NCBI GenBank assembly: GCA_965637545.1
Contig: OZ281495.1
Coordinates: forward strand, 22,878,001 to 22,942,000
Origin: Phallusia mammillata
Taxonomy: Eukaryota
DNA length: 64,000 nucleotides
Direction of reading: 5' to 3'
A model generated the notes under the pieces. The model was not told the origin of the DNA. It ran no database searches and saw nothing but the letters and a program-made list of their open reading frames with translations. The position numbers and the translations under genes were made by a program. Below, piece by piece: positions 59,942 to 64,000 of the stretch. The first letter of the stretch is position 1. Each line of letters starts with the position of its first letter.

Positions 59942-62515
59942 ATGACTTTGAGTGTCGGGGCAACGGTTGGTTATGCAATTTTAGGCACATTCGGTGCCTA
60001 TGCAGTAACTTCTGTGTTGCTGCTTAACTGTCCTACTATTGTCCACAAAAAGAAAAAGCGCAGTTTTTACTGTGCTCATATCAGCCATCGTGGAGGTATG
60101 TCTTGTCAGTAGATTGTGTGAGCCTATATTCTACTACAGCAATGTGATTACTGATAACCATTTCAGGTGCTGCTGAGAGACTTGAAAACACAATGGATGC
60201 ATATAATCAGTAAGTTAAATGCAGGCCTACTCTAAATGGGTATATTTTTAGATGCAAACTGAACACTTTAATTTAGGCGTTAAACACACACTTTGCCGTA
60301 TTTCGATTCAAGTCGCTTTCGATTGAATGGGTTACAGTGTGATCCATTTGTGCAGTGTCATTCTTATTTGCGATCAGTCAAGCGGCAAGACCGTGTGGAA
60401 CTGCTATACTTAAACCAATACACAGGCCCAAGTAAACAGTTTATTTATCTTTAGGAATACACCTTAACTTCGCATGCTTAATGGTTTAACTTCGGACCTT
60501 TGTGGTACCGAGTAAATGCACTGCATAACCTGTTTTAATTTTTTTGCAACTTCGTATACATCCAACAATTAACTTATTTAGTTTGCAAGTTTCATTTAAT
60601 CGTTGAAAATATTTCCGCCCGTGTGTTGATTTCTACTGCAGTCGGTTGCCAAGTGCACATTCGAAAGGCTATTACATCAACACCTATAGGTAATGTTTTA
60701 TTGGATTTATTTAAACACATAACCGTTTTAGTGGAAACGTTCTGTAAACTGACAGCTTTATCAAGCTCATAAATGTTTTTTTGGAATTTCCCAACTACAT
60801 CCGTCTCATATTATAGGATTTTTCCAACGTGCACGCGAAAACTGAGATTCAAGCGGGCTCTATATTTTAGATTAGCAATAATAACCGGCCCGAATCCAAT
60901 AAATTATTTGGAGTTCTTGTTGTAACTCGGCTCCTCTTTTACATATTCATTCTTGAAAGTGAGTGTGTGTTTCGTTACGTGCAGTGCCGTTGAAGTTGGA
61001 AGTCAAATGCTTGAACTCGACGTTCACTTAACTAAAGACAAAGTCGTTGTCGTTTCTCACGATGAAGACCTAGAGCGTTGTTGTGGTGTTGAAGCCAAAA
61101 TACCTGATCTGAATTTTGAAGTAAGGTGTTTTTTCTAAAAAAGTTATCTTTTGACAACCAAGTTACTTGCCCTCTCAGGAACTGCCCAAACTAAAGGAAT
61201 CCCTAAAAATAACGTTCTATGGTAGTCATACCTGTCTTAACACTGGCGAGAAAAAAAGTATTCCAACCCTTGAAGAAGTTTTCAAAACCTTTCCTAATAC
61301 ACCAATAAACCTTGATGTCAAAGGGGAACAGGAAGATCTTATTTTTGAGGTACTAGCCTATTTTAAACATGTTTTCTGCATAGATCTGTAGCACTGTGAC
61401 AAATTGTATTCTAATGTGAACGGTTTTTGTTTACAATAGCATTCTGTGTTTAGACTGTGGAATTGGTCCAGAAGTACCAAAGAGAAAAGATCACTGTCTG
61501 GGGTAACTTTCGTAGTTCCACAGTAGAGAGATTGCACAAATTGGTAAGAAAGGACATTATTCGGTTTCGCAAGTACTTACAATGCCCATGCTTTTAGAAT
61601 CCCGAAGTCCCCATCATGTTTTCAATCAAAAAGGTCATATTGGCGTATGTTTGGTTTTACACTGGATTGCTCCCATTCATACCACTTGAAGAGTCATTTT
61701 TCGAGATCCCACATCCTAACAGCTTTAAACGGTATTTTGTTTTTGGTTGGATAGCCTACACCATGGGGCGTGCAACATACGGCCCGCGTTAGTAGTTTAC
61801 GTGGCCCGCGCTGCTGTCTTCTATTAGCTCATTGTTTGATAGTTTTTACTGTTCCTAGGAAGTTGTTAATTGCACTGTATTATTGGCATCAAATCATTTG
61901 TAACATTGTATCACAAAATAAAGTTTACATTAAGGTCTCTATAGAAAACTAGTTTTTTTGACGGACCCCTAAAACCAACCCACGGACCCTTGATTTGCAG
62001 GTTGGGAATCACTCCAATAAATGATTTTTTTCACCAAAATGTTTGTGTCGGTTTATTAAATGGCCCTCAGCTAAATTAAAAATACAAATTGTGCCCCATT
62101 GCGATAAACAGCACGCCCTTCGCCTTCACCCTATCATACCATTAATGTACAACGAAGAGAATATTTTGTTCTATTTTCAGAGTGAGATTTAATTTTACCG
62201 CAAATCAAAAGAGGCTCTTGTCAATGGCTTCCTTTTTGCTGAGGAGTCGAATTTTATTCAAACATTTAAAAGCTCGTGGAATAGCGGTAAATCAAAGTAT
62301 TGCTTTCATTTTATTTCACATCTTTTAATATATTTTATACTTGTCAATTATAGACATATTTATGGGTTTTAAACGAAGAAGAAGATTTTAAAGATGCCTT
62401 TGAACTTGGTGCAGAAGGTGTTATGACTGATTGTCCAACCAAGTTATCAACATGGCTAAATGAAAATCCGCAATATTGGATAGGAAAAAGAAACGTTGAA
62501 GAACAATTGTCGTAA
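59942..62515 (+). CDS. GDPD1: GDPD1/GDPD3-like lysophospholipase D, copy 2
   Basis: MTLSVGATVGYAILGTFGAYAVTS..., ISHRGG, MLELDVHLTKD, SHDEDL, PTLEEVF, INLDVK, YTGLLPFIP, GVMTDCPTKL; same intron positions as copy 1; stop TAA at 62513-62515. Confidence 0.93.
61762..62121. mobile_element. hAT-type MITE (with a nested hAT end fragment) in a GDPD1 copy 2 intron
   Basis: Ends CATGGGGCGTGC / GCACGCCC, CGGCCCGCG subterminal motifs, TSD GCCTACAC/GCCTTCAC (7 of 8); the matching intron of copy 1 is only about 55 nt. Confidence 0.65.
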
Positions 62516-63743
62516 CTTTTTTAAGTGCCCCACCTGTTTAAAATGCACCCCTGCCTGATATTTTGTATCAAGTTATATTGTAAGATGTGTTCTTTTGTAC
62601 CAGTACGAAGTTCATTTGTTGCAATTAGTGCGCTACCTTCAGTATACAAATTCACTTCGTTTTATGTGTCACGTTTTACCGCTCCTTTGTTCAAAATACT
62701 GTGACTCAATTGATTGTTGGCTGACTTTACCTGTGGGATTGACTCTACAAGTTAAGTCAGGTAAAGGGTTAAACACTAAAACTGGCGGTTTTAACGCACT
62801 TTTTGAGATTTTGTTTGTTGTCTTTAGTCGCAGTTGTTGCTTGTGATTTTTGCGAACGTAGGTTTTCATGCAATTAGGCAGTGTATCTTGAGTTAAAATT
62901 GACAAAGCCGCATACAATTCTCTACGATTGCTGTGATTAATTATGCCCACCAAAGTTTTGAATAAAGTTTACGAAACCTCGTTACCATAAATACGCTTTT
63001 AACTTGTCCTATCATAATATTTATGGTTTATACCGCAAACTTTAGACTGTAGTTGACTATACACTTGCTTGTTTTGCAATGCACTGTTGGTTTTTGGCTT
63101 TTACTGCATTCAATTTTATCGTAATCGACCATTAATTGTGCACACACTTAAAAATTCGCTTGCATTTTTTTGCACACCCGGCCGAAAATAACTACCGCGA
63201 GACGTCGGTAGAGATTATTATAGTGCATCTTTTGAAGGTGGTGCCGAAACTTAGACTTGGTTTGCCGAACTCATTGACATTTGCACTTTGCAGTAGCAAC
63301 CTGTTTTGTATTTATGTTTCTTAAAACTTTTAGCAGTTGGGTTAAGGCCTATCAAGTCAGAAAGCTTGACAAATTTCATTGTTTATGTTTTTTAGTGCAT
63401 CAAAAGGTTTTACAGGAAACTTATTAATTATTATTGTTTGCTTTTCAAAAAACAATTTTAGTAGTACTCCAAAACCAACATAACGTACAGTAGATTTTTT
63501 AAATAGTGCATTGCGATAAGTTGCCAAATATGTCGATATTATGCCGATCTAGCACCAAAGTTGTGCGCGGGGTACGTTTATGTTTCTATTCTTAGGTCGC
63601 AACAGTACAATTCTAAATTGGCGCCTTTACATAATTGATGTCTAATAGATTTACATTCTGCTATTCGCAAGTTGTTTCATGACAAGCGGATACTCAGCAA
63701 CACACAGTTTTGTTTTCAACTGTGGCAAAACTCGCACCGTGAC

Positions 63744-63892
63744 CTACATCGTACTGAGAAGGGTGCTTCCGCCCACTCTTTGCAGCGGCAGCGCAGGCGT
63801 GATCGCACTTTCTAGTTCAGAGGACACGGAACAGCTGACCCAAAAGACAAGCTCCTGTCGACGAGTCACGCTCTGGTGCGCACGATAAGTAG
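63744..63892 (-). CDS. Probable 3' exon of an unidentified minus-strand gene continuing beyond the window
   Basis: Donor GTAAGT at 63993-63998 and a good acceptor TTCTATTGTCCCTAG at 63893. The reading frame cannot be fixed without upstream sequence. Confidence 0.35.
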
Positions 63893-64000
63893 CTAGGGAC
63901 AATAGAACGAAAACGCAACGGCGGGCGGCACACGCCCACGCTCTGGACGCGAATACGTGGGTTGTGCGCAAGGGTTCTTCATTCAGGTGTTTACTTACGC

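Noticed and set aside
62669-62953. 94-aa minus-strand ORF downstream of GDPD1 copy 2
   Set aside because: No motif or clear splice link to the 63744-63892 exon.
1-64000. tRNA, rRNA, snRNA or CRISPR features
   Set aside because: No cloverleaf or T-loop consensus, rRNA-like tract or repeat-spacer array was seen; the window is eukaryotic.

Overview
Eukaryotic, intron-rich genomic window from an ascidian tunicate. From memory, the 537-aa hexosaminidase copy A matches the published Phallusia mammillata enzyme; this needs BLAST confirmation. Genes were assembled by hand from GT-AG splice sites and reading frames. In order: TFIP11 (+, 5' end outside the window); an EMID1/COL26A1-like secreted collagen of about 19 exons carrying an inserted MAM-VWC-linker-5xKunitz cassette (-); a galanin/GALP-type neuropeptide precursor missed by the ORF track (-); BCL7 (-); three tandem, apparently intact GH20 beta-hexosaminidase genes (-); two tandem GDPD1-like genes (+) arranged head-to-head with the HEX array; and a probable terminal exon of a gene running off the right edge. 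Several hAT-type MITEs with 8-bp TSDs, Helentron-type (HINE) elements and a palindromic MITE are also present. Highlights: (1) the chimeric EMI-collagen-MAM-VWC-Kunitz architecture, built from symmetric phase 1-1 exons; (2) two recent HEX duplicates that differ at the dipeptide known to set HexA-like versus HexB-like substrate specificity (Ser-Arg vs Asp-Tyr); (3) the hidden galanin-like peptide gene. All exon models are manual predictions and need RNA-seq confirmation.
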